IMG/VR virus record: IMGVR_UViG_3300021961_000252
Location: 1-38,109 of that record
Reading direction: 5' to 3' (one strand)
From: a virus
Lineage: Duplodnaviria; Caudoviricetes
DNA: 38,109 nucleotides
Both the position numbers and the translations under genes were made by a program. This document shows, in pieces, positions 19,264-27,854 of the stretch. The notes under the pieces were generated by a model that was not told the DNA's origin, ran no database searches, and worked only from the letters and a program-made list of their open reading frames with translations. How positions within the stretch are numbered: position 1 is the first letter of the stretch; every line of letters begins with the position of its first letter.

Positions 19264-19517
19264 TAATATTCCTCCCCGTTGGCTAGTGCAGACATGTGCA
19301 TCATAAACTTGTGCCGCTCAAAGGCCCCCATAATTTCAATGACACTTAGCTGCGGCGTTGTAAGCGTATATACATGATTGCCTTTCTCAAAAATAATAAT
19401 ACAAGCATCAGGCAAAACGTCATCAAGTTCAGCCTCCTTGAGCAACTGAGCGACCGTCATGTTCTCTTCTTGTTGTTCTTGATCTTTCTTGCCAAAGTTG
19501 CCTTCAATGACATGCAT
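19263..19517 (-). CDS. Hypothetical protein
   Basis: 84 aa, VIEGNFGK start; tightly packed. Confidence 0.7.
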   Translation of the reverse strand: MHVIEGNFGKKDQEQQEENMTVAQLLKEAELDDVLPDACIIIFEKGNHVYTLTTPQLSVIEIMGAFERHKFMMHMSALANGEEY

Positions 19518-19519
19518 TT

Positions 19520-19840
19520 TTAACGATCTCCTCGACCTTGGATGGTTCCTTCAGCCAGACGCTTTTCAAGCTTGGAGATGTTGGTACGTGCAACATCATT
19601 AAAACTAATGTTCATGTCATCAAGAACCATCGCCAGGTTCCAAAGGACATCCCCTGCCTCACTGACCACTTTATTGCGTTCAATAGAAACTGCATCGCCA
19701 CGCAACATAGGCTTGATAAACAGATCAGCAAGTTCAGCAGCTTCAACCATCAGGGAAGCTACAGGATACATACGGTCTTCATAAATAGCAGTTTTGGAAG
19801 CAAGACGCTGATAAAGATCAAAGTCAATATATTTATCCAT
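19520..19840 (-). CDS. mazG: MazG-like nucleotide pyrophosphohydrolase
   Basis: EAAE...EAGDVLW...N..KL..R...G.IQG.GDR; start moved to MDKYIDF (GAGG RBS). Confidence 0.8.
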   Translation of the reverse strand: MDKYIDFDLYQRLASKTAIYEDRMYPVASLMVEAAELADLFIKPMLRGDAVSIERNKVVSEAGDVLWNLAMVLDDMNISFNDVARTNISKLEKRLAEGTIQGRGDR

Positions 19841-20081
19841 TATATTTGAACACCTCCTCAATAAGTTTATCGAGATACCACCTAGCTTTTTTAAGGTCTT
19901 CTAGGCCGTTTTTATACTTGTATCTGTGGAGGTATTTTAACACAGAACCCTCATAATATGAAGACGCCGTGCTTCCTAATTGCTGCTTGATATAATCAAT
20001 AGCTTCAATTGATCCTTGGTTATAATGTTTTGGTTTAGAAACTGCATCCCACTCTGCAGGGGTGGCTTTGTCAATGCTCAT
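19833..20081 (-). CDS. DUF3310 protein (T7 gp1.7-like)
   Basis: V.KP.HY..G.IEAID...KYL.RY..KNG.EDLKKA.WYL. Confidence 0.85.
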   Translation of the reverse strand: MSIDKATPAEWDAVSKPKHYNQGSIEAIDYIKQQLGSTASSYYEGSVLKYLHRYKYKNGLEDLKKARWYLDKLIEEVFKYNG

Positions 20082-20491
20082 TTTGATTTTCTCTTTGAAT
20101 GATATTTGGATACTTTTTCTGAATTAATATATTCAAGAAGGTTTTCAACAGTATCTAAAGTATAAACTTTAAAACCTTCCTTTAGACACCATTCACCCAT
20201 TGTCATTTGAGCACCTTTGCGGAGCTTTTTGTTTGGATCTGAGAGAAGGAATACCAATTCTGTGTTTCTGTCTAGGCTGTCTCTGATTGCTTTGTACTTC
20301 TGTGTGTCACCTGCTCTGAAAAACCCTTTGCATTCAACCATAAGACCAGTATGGGAATGAACAAAGTCAGGTTTGTAATCCCTATGGACCACATAAGGCA
20401 CCATAAAAGGTTCAAAGTCAAAACCCTCCCCCTTCACGCAAGCAGAGAAAGCCTTCTCAAGACCGCTTCTAAACTTACTCGATCTGCTCAT
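20078..20491 (-). CDS. T7 endonuclease I-like junction resolvase
   Basis: FRSGLE, YKPDF, VECKG.F, EWC...GF; start moved to MSRSSKF. Confidence 0.85.
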   Translation of the reverse strand: MSRSSKFRSGLEKAFSACVKGEGFDFEPFMVPYVVHRDYKPDFVHSHTGLMVECKGFFRAGDTQKYKAIRDSLDRNTELVFLLSDPNKKLRKGAQMTMGEWCLKEGFKVYTLDTVENLLEYINSEKVSKYHSKRKSK

Positions 20492-21344
20492 TAGGGATCT
20501 CAGGCACATTAGGCTCATTAACTACTTTAACCAGAAACCTTGGGCCATTTGAGTACACAAATCCCCTAACACCCGGCCAGCAGACCTTTTTGAAGTGACA
20601 ATAAGAGCACCCAGTATCCAGTCTTAGGTTACCTGACTTGCCGTCTGGGATAGGCTCATGGCAGTGCTTGGGTGGTTCTTGTTGCTTAACTACCTCGTTA
20701 ATGTGCTTAATGCGATCTTCAATCGAGTAAGAAATCGTTTTATAGACTGGAGCCTGTGTATCTTGCTCATCATAAAGCAGGTAGGTCAGGTGACCGTTCT
20801 GCTTGTCCATAGCCAGCCAGCCATACTTAGTCTCACCCTCTGAGTGCGCATAGGCTTTGATCTGAGCCACGTACCCAAAGTCATCATCATAAGCAAGAGA
20901 CCCGTCCTTGAACTTCTTAAACCCGTAGGTGCTAGTGGATTTAATGTCAGTCACCACTCCATCAATCTTGCAGTCCATGCTTCCATTGATGTCCCCTACA
21001 GCGCATGGGTGCTGCTCATGGGTTACTTCATGACCTGACATCTTGGTCAGAAACAGCAGCATCTCCTCGATCAGGTGCCCGTACAGGAACTTGATCAAGT
21101 TCTCAGGGCGATACTTTTGTTTAGCCTTAGAGTGATAATGGTTCCACAGGTAGCGATCATCACGCCCAATGTTAGAAAGCCTGAGCTTACGGGCATCAAA
21201 GCTTTTGTTCAGGAACTCCTTGCGCATTAGATCCTTGACTGCTTCACCAAAAGCATCAATCTCTTTTTCTACATCAACCCCAGGCGGTGCCCTTTTGGTC
21301 AGGACTAGGGTGTAAATATCTTGTACCAGTTTAAATATTTTCAT
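20475..21344 (-). CDS. PD-(D/E)XK exonuclease, Cas4-like
   Basis: LRLSNIG, GHLIE, GSMDCKIDG...DIKS, Y..QI.AY, CSYC...C. Confidence 0.8.
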   Translation of the reverse strand: MKIFKLVQDIYTLVLTKRAPPGVDVEKEIDAFGEAVKDLMRKEFLNKSFDARKLRLSNIGRDDRYLWNHYHSKAKQKYRPENLIKFLYGHLIEEMLLFLTKMSGHEVTHEQHPCAVGDINGSMDCKIDGVVTDIKSTSTYGFKKFKDGSLAYDDDFGYVAQIKAYAHSEGETKYGWLAMDKQNGHLTYLLYDEQDTQAPVYKTISYSIEDRIKHINEVVKQQEPPKHCHEPIPDGKSGNLRLDTGCSYCHFKKVCWPGVRGFVYSNGPRFLVKVVNEPNVPEIPNEQIE

Positions 21345-21345
21345 T

Positions 21346-21630
21346 TTACTTACGGTGCCTTACAAAGCGAAGCTTGCGACTCTTAGGGTTGAAGCATAGG
21401 ATTTGTACACCCAAGGCTTCCTGTTTAAAGGTTCTTTTGAATCCCCATGAAAGCTCAGATGCCTTTGACTTGATATCGAGCAGATGTACCTTACCATTCT
21501 TGATGGCTACAATGTCCACAGGACCAGTACACCCTGCATTCTTGTACACTTCAAAACCGTTATCCCAGAGCCAGGTGATGGCATAGTGTTCTGCAAAATC
21601 ACCTTCTCTGCTGCTTGAGTTATTCATCAA
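21346..21630 (-). CDS. Small PD-(D/E)XK nuclease (Hjc-like)
   Basis: G..AE..A..WL...GFEV...GPVDIVA.K......DIK. Confidence 0.7.
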   Translation of the reverse strand: MMNNSSSREGDFAEHYAITWLWDNGFEVYKNAGCTGPVDIVAIKNGKVHLLDIKSKASELSWGFKRTFKQEALGVQILCFNPKSRKLRFVRHRK

Positions 21631-23321
21631 TGTGTTTCACTCCAGTTGTTCCCTATGTGGTATTCACCATCCAAAGGACAATTAAGTTTAAAATGCAATC
21701 CTGCCGCCTTGATGCATTCTACTGCTAACCGGCCAAACTTTTCAGCATGGTCTGCCCTGACTTCAGTTTGTATTTCATCATGGATATTACCAACAAACTT
21801 GAAATCTAGCCCTTGGAGTTTAGCATATTGATCGAGTATGCATAGTGCCTTTTTCATAACAATGGCACCTGCTGATTGTAGTAAGGTATTTAATGCTGCA
21901 TGTTCTGATCTTATGTGGAGTTTTCTTCTGTCTAACCCAAACAAATACCCCCTTTGGGACGCTCTCGATACCCGTTCCCTAAGCTCTTTAAGCGCCGGGA
22001 CGTTACCTAAGAAAGCTTCTTTTAGCTTCTTTCCTTCCTTGGCACCTTTGCCCACAATAGACCCGATCTTTTCATCACCAGCCCCGTACAGGAAGGCATA
22101 GATAAACGTCTTAGCCTGAGGCCTTGTTTCTAGCCCAGCAGCCTTTTGGTTACGTGTGTGGATATCCCCTGTCAATAGTTCATTAGTGTATGCAGCATCA
22201 TTCATGTAGTGTGCAAGCATTCTGAGCTCTAACCCAGAAGCATCAACACCCACCAAGACGTACCCCGGCTTTGCTATCCAACACTCACGACACTCTTTAC
22301 CCCACGGTTTGCCATTAGCAGTCACTTGGGCCACGTTGGGGTTGCTGTGTGTCATCCTGCCCGTCACGGCACCATTGGTCTTTACTTCTCCATGTACACG
22401 CCCATCAGGTTTGACTAGCTCTAGCCACGATTCCACCATGGCTATACGCTTCTGTAACATCAGGTACTCAGCGATCATCTGTGCTTCAGGGATCTGAACC
22501 CCTTCAAGCACAGTCTCGTCCACCTTGGCTTGTCCTGTCTCTGTAAACTCTTTAGGTTCCCACCCAAAGTGCTGCAGGTAGCGACCAATCTGCTGTCTTG
22601 ATCCTAGGTTAAATTCAGGCCAATCAACACGGGTAAATGTTCCTGAGACATCCCTGAATTGATCCCCCAGGAACTTCAAACCCACAACAGACAAACCCCC
22701 GTCTGCTTTGAATTTAGGTTCAATCTCTTTAACAGATACTGGCAAAGGTCTAAACCTTTGGAGCACTGATTGCTCTACCTGCAACAGGCGCTCCTTAAGC
22801 TGCCCTAAGAACTGAAAGCACTTCCTTTGGTCTAGAAGCCACCCATTGCGTACCTGATCTGAAATTACCCATGCTACCTGGTGTTCAAGCTCGATTGCTT
22901 CCTTTGAAGGCTCTTGCTTCATCAGGTATTCATAGGTGGCTTTGGTGACCTGTACGTCCCTAAGGCAATAGTCAATCATCTCTTGAGTCCGTTGAGACCA
23001 ATCAGAGTGATCACCTTTTGGGAAGCCTAGGTATTCCCCATAAGCTTTTAGTGAGTGCCCTTCTTGCCTTGAGGGATCTATAAGCCTCCCAAGGACCAAA
23101 GTATCTAGCACCCGGTCCCTTGGGATTTCAATACCCCACAGGTCTTTAAGCACAGGGCAGTCAAAAAAGATCCCGTTGTGGAATACCCATGTGTCTGATT
23201 GGTGCTCTTGAAAGAACTCTAAGAAGGATTCTTTTGTTAAGAACGATTGACCATTGACACACACAACCCAGATGTGCTTTGGGTTGAGTGAATCTGCTTC
23301 AATGTCTGTAAAAAGAATCAA
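21627..23321 (-). CDS. polA: Family A DNA polymerase, T7-like, with 3'-5' exonuclease
   Basis: DIE, HNG..FD, YC.RDV; DASGLELR; AKTFIYAFLYGAG; IHDEIQ. Confidence 0.95.
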   Translation of the reverse strand: MILFTDIEADSLNPKHIWVVCVNGQSFLTKESFLEFFQEHQSDTWVFHNGIFFDCPVLKDLWGIEIPRDRVLDTLVLGRLIDPSRQEGHSLKAYGEYLGFPKGDHSDWSQRTQEMIDYCLRDVQVTKATYEYLMKQEPSKEAIELEHQVAWVISDQVRNGWLLDQRKCFQFLGQLKERLLQVEQSVLQRFRPLPVSVKEIEPKFKADGGLSVVGLKFLGDQFRDVSGTFTRVDWPEFNLGSRQQIGRYLQHFGWEPKEFTETGQAKVDETVLEGVQIPEAQMIAEYLMLQKRIAMVESWLELVKPDGRVHGEVKTNGAVTGRMTHSNPNVAQVTANGKPWGKECRECWIAKPGYVLVGVDASGLELRMLAHYMNDAAYTNELLTGDIHTRNQKAAGLETRPQAKTFIYAFLYGAGDEKIGSIVGKGAKEGKKLKEAFLGNVPALKELRERVSRASQRGYLFGLDRRKLHIRSEHAALNTLLQSAGAIVMKKALCILDQYAKLQGLDFKFVGNIHDEIQTEVRADHAEKFGRLAVECIKAAGLHFKLNCPLDGEYHIGNNWSETH

Positions 23322-24928
23322 AACGGAATCACCTCTTGGTCTTCTTCTTGGGGTTCAACTTCGACAAGTCTACCTGTATCCCGCTCATAATACAGCTCAC
23401 ATGCTTTACCAGTCAGTCCTGCAAAGCGATTTTTTAGCACTCTCAGCTTGGTGGTGTTTGCTTCTCTGAAGTCTTCTGCCTGCTGGTTGCGCTCTAGTCC
23501 TATCACACAATCAGACAGTTGTGCAATAGCAGCAGACCCCCTTAGCTCACTTAAAGACACTTGAGCGCCTTCTTCGTGCCCCTTGCTACCCTGGGGCCTG
23601 CGAAGGTGTGATACCAGGAACAATCCAATATTCAGTTCCTGTACCAGTGTCCTAAGCTTGGTCATGATAGCATCAATTGCTTTTCTTTCATCACCAATGC
23701 CTTCCTGCGAAGACACCATGATGCTGATGTGGTCTAGGATGACCCACTTGCAGTCATAAGCTTTACACATGTAGCGAATGCGGCTATAGACGCTTTCATC
23801 ATCAGCAGACCCAAAGTGCTTCCAAAAATAAAACCGTGACTGGTCTATCTGTTTAAGCCAGTGGATTCTATCTTCCTTGGTGATCCCTGAGTTGGGCAGA
23901 TGCAATGGCCTGTTTGCCAGCAAAGAGGCAATACCTAGCCCTGACCGCTTTGGAACTTCTTCCATTGCGATCACTGCAATGTTATCTGTGGTTTTTTGAT
24001 AGAGGTAGAATTCGAGCTCACGCAGTAACTGGGATTTACCCATCCCTGCCCCTGATGTGATCGTGACGAGCTCTGAGGGCCTGAATCCATAGGTCAGATC
24101 GTTAAGACCTTCCCAAGGATACGGGGTGGAGTTGTCTTCCTGTTCTTCCTCGACTTCCTTGATGATGTCTTCAAACGTCACAATACCATCTGGCTTGTGA
24201 AGCTTAGAGTCCCACCAGGAAGTCATGAAGTCGGTTATGCGGCCTTCCCGGAGATAGTCACAGGCGTCTTTAAGATCCCCGGAGATCCGCATGATTCTGA
24301 GCTTGTGTGGCGAGAATAGATCTTTTACTGAGTCTATTGCTGCCTTGCCTGCGGCATCATTATCAAAACACAAAACTACATTATCATACCCTTCAAGCCA
24401 ATCAAGGTTCTCTTGAATGTCTTTACGGGCACCAGATGCCCCTGTCCTAAGGGACACGACATCCCATTTGTTGCCAAACATTTCTGAGACGGCCAAGGCA
24501 TCGAGTTCACCTTCTGTGATTGTGATGTACTTGCCTGCCCCTCTGCAGATGTTTTGACCAAATAAACCTACACCTTGACTAATACCAGAACATGTAAACT
24601 TTTTATTAGCTACATATCGAGTCTTGACCAGTATGAGGTCACCACTGAGACTGTGATAATAAGGATAGTGGTGCTTACTAATATTTCCATTGGGGTCATA
24701 TTCTATTGTTACTCCATATTTTTTACAGGTAGCTTCAGTAATCCGGCGGTCCTTGATTGGGCCGGGAGTGCCTGACATTTCCATAGTTATATTATCCACA
24801 TTTTGGGTGAATTTACTGTAATAATTACAATTAGGAGTAAAACAAAAAGAACCACCATCATCATATATAGCAAGATTATCTTTAGAACCACATTTGGGAC
24901 AATTTGTGTGCTTTAAGAATTTTGCCAT
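23318..24928 (-). CDS. T7 gp4-like primase-helicase
   Basis: Zn finger CPKC..C; TOPRIM TEGELDA/FDND; Walker A GAGMGKS; LDH; ELRGS; KNR..G.TG. Confidence 0.95.
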   Translation of the reverse strand: MAKFLKHTNCPKCGSKDNLAIYDDGGSFCFTPNCNYYSKFTQNVDNITMEMSGTPGPIKDRRITEATCKKYGVTIEYDPNGNISKHHYPYYHSLSGDLILVKTRYVANKKFTCSGISQGVGLFGQNICRGAGKYITITEGELDALAVSEMFGNKWDVVSLRTGASGARKDIQENLDWLEGYDNVVLCFDNDAAGKAAIDSVKDLFSPHKLRIMRISGDLKDACDYLREGRITDFMTSWWDSKLHKPDGIVTFEDIIKEVEEEQEDNSTPYPWEGLNDLTYGFRPSELVTITSGAGMGKSQLLRELEFYLYQKTTDNIAVIAMEEVPKRSGLGIASLLANRPLHLPNSGITKEDRIHWLKQIDQSRFYFWKHFGSADDESVYSRIRYMCKAYDCKWVILDHISIMVSSQEGIGDERKAIDAIMTKLRTLVQELNIGLFLVSHLRRPQGSKGHEEGAQVSLSELRGSAAIAQLSDCVIGLERNQQAEDFREANTTKLRVLKNRFAGLTGKACELYYERDTGRLVEVEPQEEDQEVIPF

Positions 24929-25104
24929 CTGTCAATATTTACCACTTTATTAACATCATTAAGTAGCCTATCGAGCTCTAAGAACTTTGCTGGGTTTTTA
25001 AGGTCATACCGAATATGCCAGTATATAGCATCAATCTTGCTGTAAGACCAATAAAGATTATTGTGCTTATCCAGAACACAATAGTATTTCTTGTTATTAT
25101 TCAT
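24913..25104 (-). CDS. Hypothetical protein
   Basis: 63 aa, AT-rich, packed in operon. Confidence 0.55.
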   Translation of the reverse strand: MNNNKKYYCVLDKHNNLYWSYSKIDAIYWHIRYDLKNPAKFLELDRLLNDVNKVVNIDRWQNS

Positions 25105-25108
25105 TTTA

Positions 25109-25186
25109 TTATTTATAAAGTTGTTCTAACTTTTCCCAAAGCTTTTTAAATTTAAATTCGTAATCAACGTATGAGTAGTATTTCAT
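25109..25186 (-). CDS. Possible 25-aa peptide (MKYYSYVDYEFKFKKLWEKLEQLYK)
   Basis: Read manually; ATGA overlap with upstream stop. Confidence 0.4.
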   Translation of the reverse strand: MKYYSYVDYEFKFKKLWEKLEQLYK

Positions 25187-25551
25187 TTAAACCACTCATC
25201 TACATAGGAAGGTCTAAGATCGAACTTCTTGCAAAAAGACTCCAGCAGTCTGTAGTCATGATCATCATCACATATAGCATTATGAATGGCAAGATAACCT
25301 GCTAGTTGCGCAGGAGCATACGCTTCTGGACCCCAGCCAAACACGCTATAAAGAACATGGCGATAAGATCCTTTATCTACTAGCTCACCTTGATTAATAC
25401 GTCGAGACACTGCACAAAAAGCAGCCAGCTGCTGCTCTTTTGTTAGCGAGTTCCAATATTCTTCATGTTTCTGTTCAATTTCATTCATGGCGTTATTGAA
25501 CAATTCGGAGAATTCGTCCCATGCTTTTAAAGTTTGTTCATCGTTGGTCAT
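25183..25551 (-). CDS. Hypothetical protein
   Basis: Start MTNDEQ with GGAGG RBS and ATGA overlap. Confidence 0.7.
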   Translation of the reverse strand: MTNDEQTLKAWDEFSELFNNAMNEIEQKHEEYWNSLTKEQQLAAFCAVSRRINQGELVDKGSYRHVLYSVFGWGPEAYAPAQLAGYLAIHNAICDDDHDYRLLESFCKKFDLRPSYVDEWFK

Positions 25552-26231
25552 ACACAACCCTCCGCTTTGACTTTGCTCAAAATTACCAACGCATCTAGGA
25601 TTGCATTGGTTTCTTTGTGCCGCGGGTGTTCAGTTCCCCAGTGCTCTCTCGCTTCAGGAATCGTAAAGTATCTACACCCCGCGATTACTCTATGGTTTCC
25701 ATCCGAACATGGCACATAGCAAAAGCAAAAGCCATCGCTTCTCGTGATTCCAGAGACCCGCGCGTCTCCAGAGACCCGCGCGTCTCCAGAAACCTCCGCA
25801 TTTCCAGAGACCTGCGCATTTTCGTAGACCTCCGCATCTCCACAGATCTGTGAATTTCCGCGGACCCGCGCATTTCCGAAGACCCGCGCATCTCCGAAGA
25901 CCTGCGCATTTCCGAAGATCCACGCATTTCCAGAAACCTCCGCATTTCCAGAGACCCGCGCGTTTCCAGAGACCTGCGCATCCCCGCAGATCTGTGCATT
26001 TTCATAGATCCACGCATCTCCGTAGATCCACGCATCTCCGTAGATCTGTGCATTTACGCGGACTTTCGCATTTCCAGAAACCTGCGCATTTCCAGAGACC
26101 CAGCAATTGCCCTCATGGCTGAGATTCGTTTCTGATTCAACGAACCCGCCAACATCTCCAGCCTTTACGAAGCCAAAGTTGCGTCGAGCAACGACTCGAC
26201 CGTCTGCATTAATCTCGTATTTTTTGGTCAT
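25548..26231 (-). CDS. Left-handed beta-helix (hexapeptide-repeat) protein
   Basis: GD.GGFVE.E.NL...GNCWV then ~20 G[ND]A[QRWE][VI][SYFC] hexapeptides; C-terminal AGCRYF; start MTKKYE (GGAGG RBS). Confidence 0.85.
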   Translation of the reverse strand: MTKKYEINADGRVVARRNFGFVKAGDVGGFVESETNLSHEGNCWVSGNAQVSGNAKVRVNAQIYGDAWIYGDAWIYENAQICGDAQVSGNARVSGNAEVSGNAWIFGNAQVFGDARVFGNARVRGNSQICGDAEVYENAQVSGNAEVSGDARVSGDARVSGITRSDGFCFCYVPCSDGNHRVIAGCRYFTIPEAREHWGTEHPRHKETNAILDALVILSKVKAEGCV

Positions 26232-26256
26232 ACATGCCTCCAAGTTATTGTTGTGG

Positions 26257-26541
26257 TCATGCCTCTAACCATCGTATTTCTGGATTGGTTTTATAATATT
26301 CCGTGAGTATCTGATCTAAGTTCCACTGCGTTTCTGTGCGGAAATAATTTAGCCATTCACTGAGTCTATTCCAGTCTTCTGAATGCATAGTCCAAAGTCC
26401 AATTTCATCCGGGTATGGTTCATCGCCACCATAGACATCTATACGACCTGCTGCCCAATGATTACCATTCTTTTGAATCCAATCAGAATTTATTGGACCC
26501 ATCCAGTTTGTAGAATATCTATAACTCAAATGTGCTTCCAT
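26257..26541 (-). CDS. Hypothetical Trp-rich protein (paralog of 29551..29823)
   Basis: STNWMGPIN...HW..GRIDV..GDE. Confidence 0.75.
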   Translation of the reverse strand: MEAHLSYRYSTNWMGPINSDWIQKNGNHWAAGRIDVYGGDEPYPDEIGLWTMHSEDWNRLSEWLNYFRTETQWNLDQILTEYYKTNPEIRWLEA

Positions 26542-26723
26542 CCAGTGCCAGTCACAATCGCTTCGATGGCTCTTTTGGACACATAAAACTTCTTGGCGAT
26601 CACTCTTTGAGACAACCCCTCTTTGGACAATGCCCTGATCAGGCGCACATCATCCTCGGTAAGTTTTGCCCTTGGATGCTTTACTCCACGCCTGGTGGCG
26701 TACAGGTCGAGACTCATGCTCAT
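26526..26723 (-). CDS. Stand-alone HTH DNA-binding protein (HNH-endonuclease C-terminal type)
   Basis: G..HP.AKLTEDDV..IR...GLSQ..IA.KF.VS...I..I..G..WKH; start moved to MSMSLDL. Confidence 0.75.
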   Translation of the reverse strand: MSMSLDLYATRRGVKHPRAKLTEDDVRLIRALSKEGLSQRVIAKKFYVSKRAIEAIVTGTGWKHI

Positions 26724-26809
26724 ATATACCCCTGAGACCGCATAGGAAGGCCTATGAGACGTTTTCATAGGCCACCCAGTACTACCCTACCGACCCCCTG
26801 CCCCAAACG

Positions 26810-27184
26810 CTAGAAGCCTTCCTCAAAAACACCAGTGCTCGTTTGCGGTAGCTCGACGACACGTACAGCTTCCAAGTACGGAGTGAGCACTCCGGTTCTA
26901 TTTTTGGCTATGGTTACAATAGCATTGACTTTTGAGTGCCGGGGGATTTCACCCTCAAAAGGAGCATCTGACGTATCAATCACAGGGATTTCCTTGTAGG
27001 TCACAAGTTTCTTCTGAGGATTACCTTTGTATTCTTTAAGCTCTACTCCTTTTTCTTTGAGTCCCTCGGCTGAAGGAGCATCCAAAACAACAACCAAGGA
27101 ATATTTAGTACCAGGATGACCAAGATAAGTTTCTTTTTCTTTCAAATTAGAAAACGCTACAGCACCTTTAATAACCATCTTCAA
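26810..27184 (-). CDS. ssb: Single-stranded DNA-binding protein (T7 gp2.5-like OB fold)
   Basis: I.G..AFSNL...KYS.V..L, EIP..SKV, PYL.AV.V.E, acidic tail ending in F. Confidence 0.7.
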   Translation of the reverse strand: MKMVIKGAVAFSNLKEKETYLGHPGTKYSLVVVLDAPSAEGLKEKGVELKEYKGNPQKKLVTYKEIPVIDTSDAPFEGEIPRHSKVNAIVTIAKNRTGVLTPYLEAVRVVELPQTSTGVFEEGF

Positions 27185-27353
27185 AATCCTCTTTTATTAA
27201 ATTTATATCCAATTGGTAATCTATATATTTATCTTCAAGTACCGATTGGGATATCCTAAAACACACAATACAAAGATCAATATATTCACCTTTAGAATCT
27301 TTTCTTGATGTATCTTCCTCCTTAAGGATCGTATCGCATGCTTTACATCTCAT
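27168..27353 (-). CDS. Small zinc-finger protein
   Basis: MRCKAC...DLCIVC. Confidence 0.7.
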   Translation of the reverse strand: MRCKACDTILKEEDTSRKDSKGEYIDLCIVCFRISQSVLEDKYIDYQLDINLIKEDFEDGY

Positions 27354-27361
27354 TTAGTTAA

Positions 27362-27505
27362 TTACCAATTATTATATTTATCGTCTATATCAGTTTTACT
27401 AAAAGATTTACCAAATATGATTAAAGTTAAAGTAAACACAAAAGTAAATACCGATATTGCCATTATAGCTAATCCTATATAGCTTATAATATCTATTATA
27501 ATCAA
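27362..27505 (-). CDS. Small single-pass membrane protein (47 aa)
   Basis: Read manually; TTG start overlapping upstream TGA; IISYIGLAIMAISVFTFVFTLTLIIFG. Confidence 0.5.
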   Translation of the reverse strand: MIIIDIISYIGLAIMAISVFTFVFTLTLIIFGKSFSKTDIDDKYNNW

Positions 27506-27705
27506 TCTAAAATACTCTTATTGATCTTCTTAAGTATCTTATTGGTCTTAAGATACTCTTTGAAGTCATTCTGTGTCATATAATACTGCAATGTAAGAAG
27601 CAATGCAAATGCAGTTCCTGGTGGTATATCATCAATCTCGATACACGCATCGAGTGATTCTTTTAGACTGTTTAAGACAACTTGGTCTACGTCAATCGTT
27701 TGCAT
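27502..27705 (-). CDS. Hypothetical protein
   Basis: Likely start MQTIDVDQ after GGAG/GGA. Confidence 0.6.
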   Translation of the reverse strand: MQTIDVDQVVLNSLKESLDACIEIDDIPPGTAFALLLTLQYYMTQNDFKEYLKTNKILKKINKSILD

Positions 27706-27854
27706 TCTAGTCCATGCTCCATTAAATTTGTAAAACAATTAAGACACACATTCTTGTCAAGACCTAACTGTTTGAGGAATAACAAGATTTCCTCTATTTG
27801 GTCTTTTGGTTTATCTTTGAATTTTTGTTCAACTTCTCGATAGAAGTTTACCAT
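27687..27854 (-). CDS. Hypothetical protein (55 aa, MVNFYREVEQKF...CLNC...C)
   Basis: Read manually; fills the gap and overlaps both neighbours. Confidence 0.55.
   Translation of the reverse strand: MVNFYREVEQKFKDKPKDQIEEILLFLKQLGLDKNVCLNCFTNLMEHGLECKRLT

Noticed and set aside
19520-19840. Z-genome (PurZ/MazZ/DatZ) system
   Set aside because: No purZ or HD phosphohydrolase in the window.
25617-26122. Several repetitive alternative-frame ORFs
   Set aside because: By-products of the 18-bp repeats of the LbH gene.
27732-27760. Perfect TTGACA on the minus strand
   Set aside because: No acceptable -10 at 16-18 bp, and it lies inside ORF 27687..27854.
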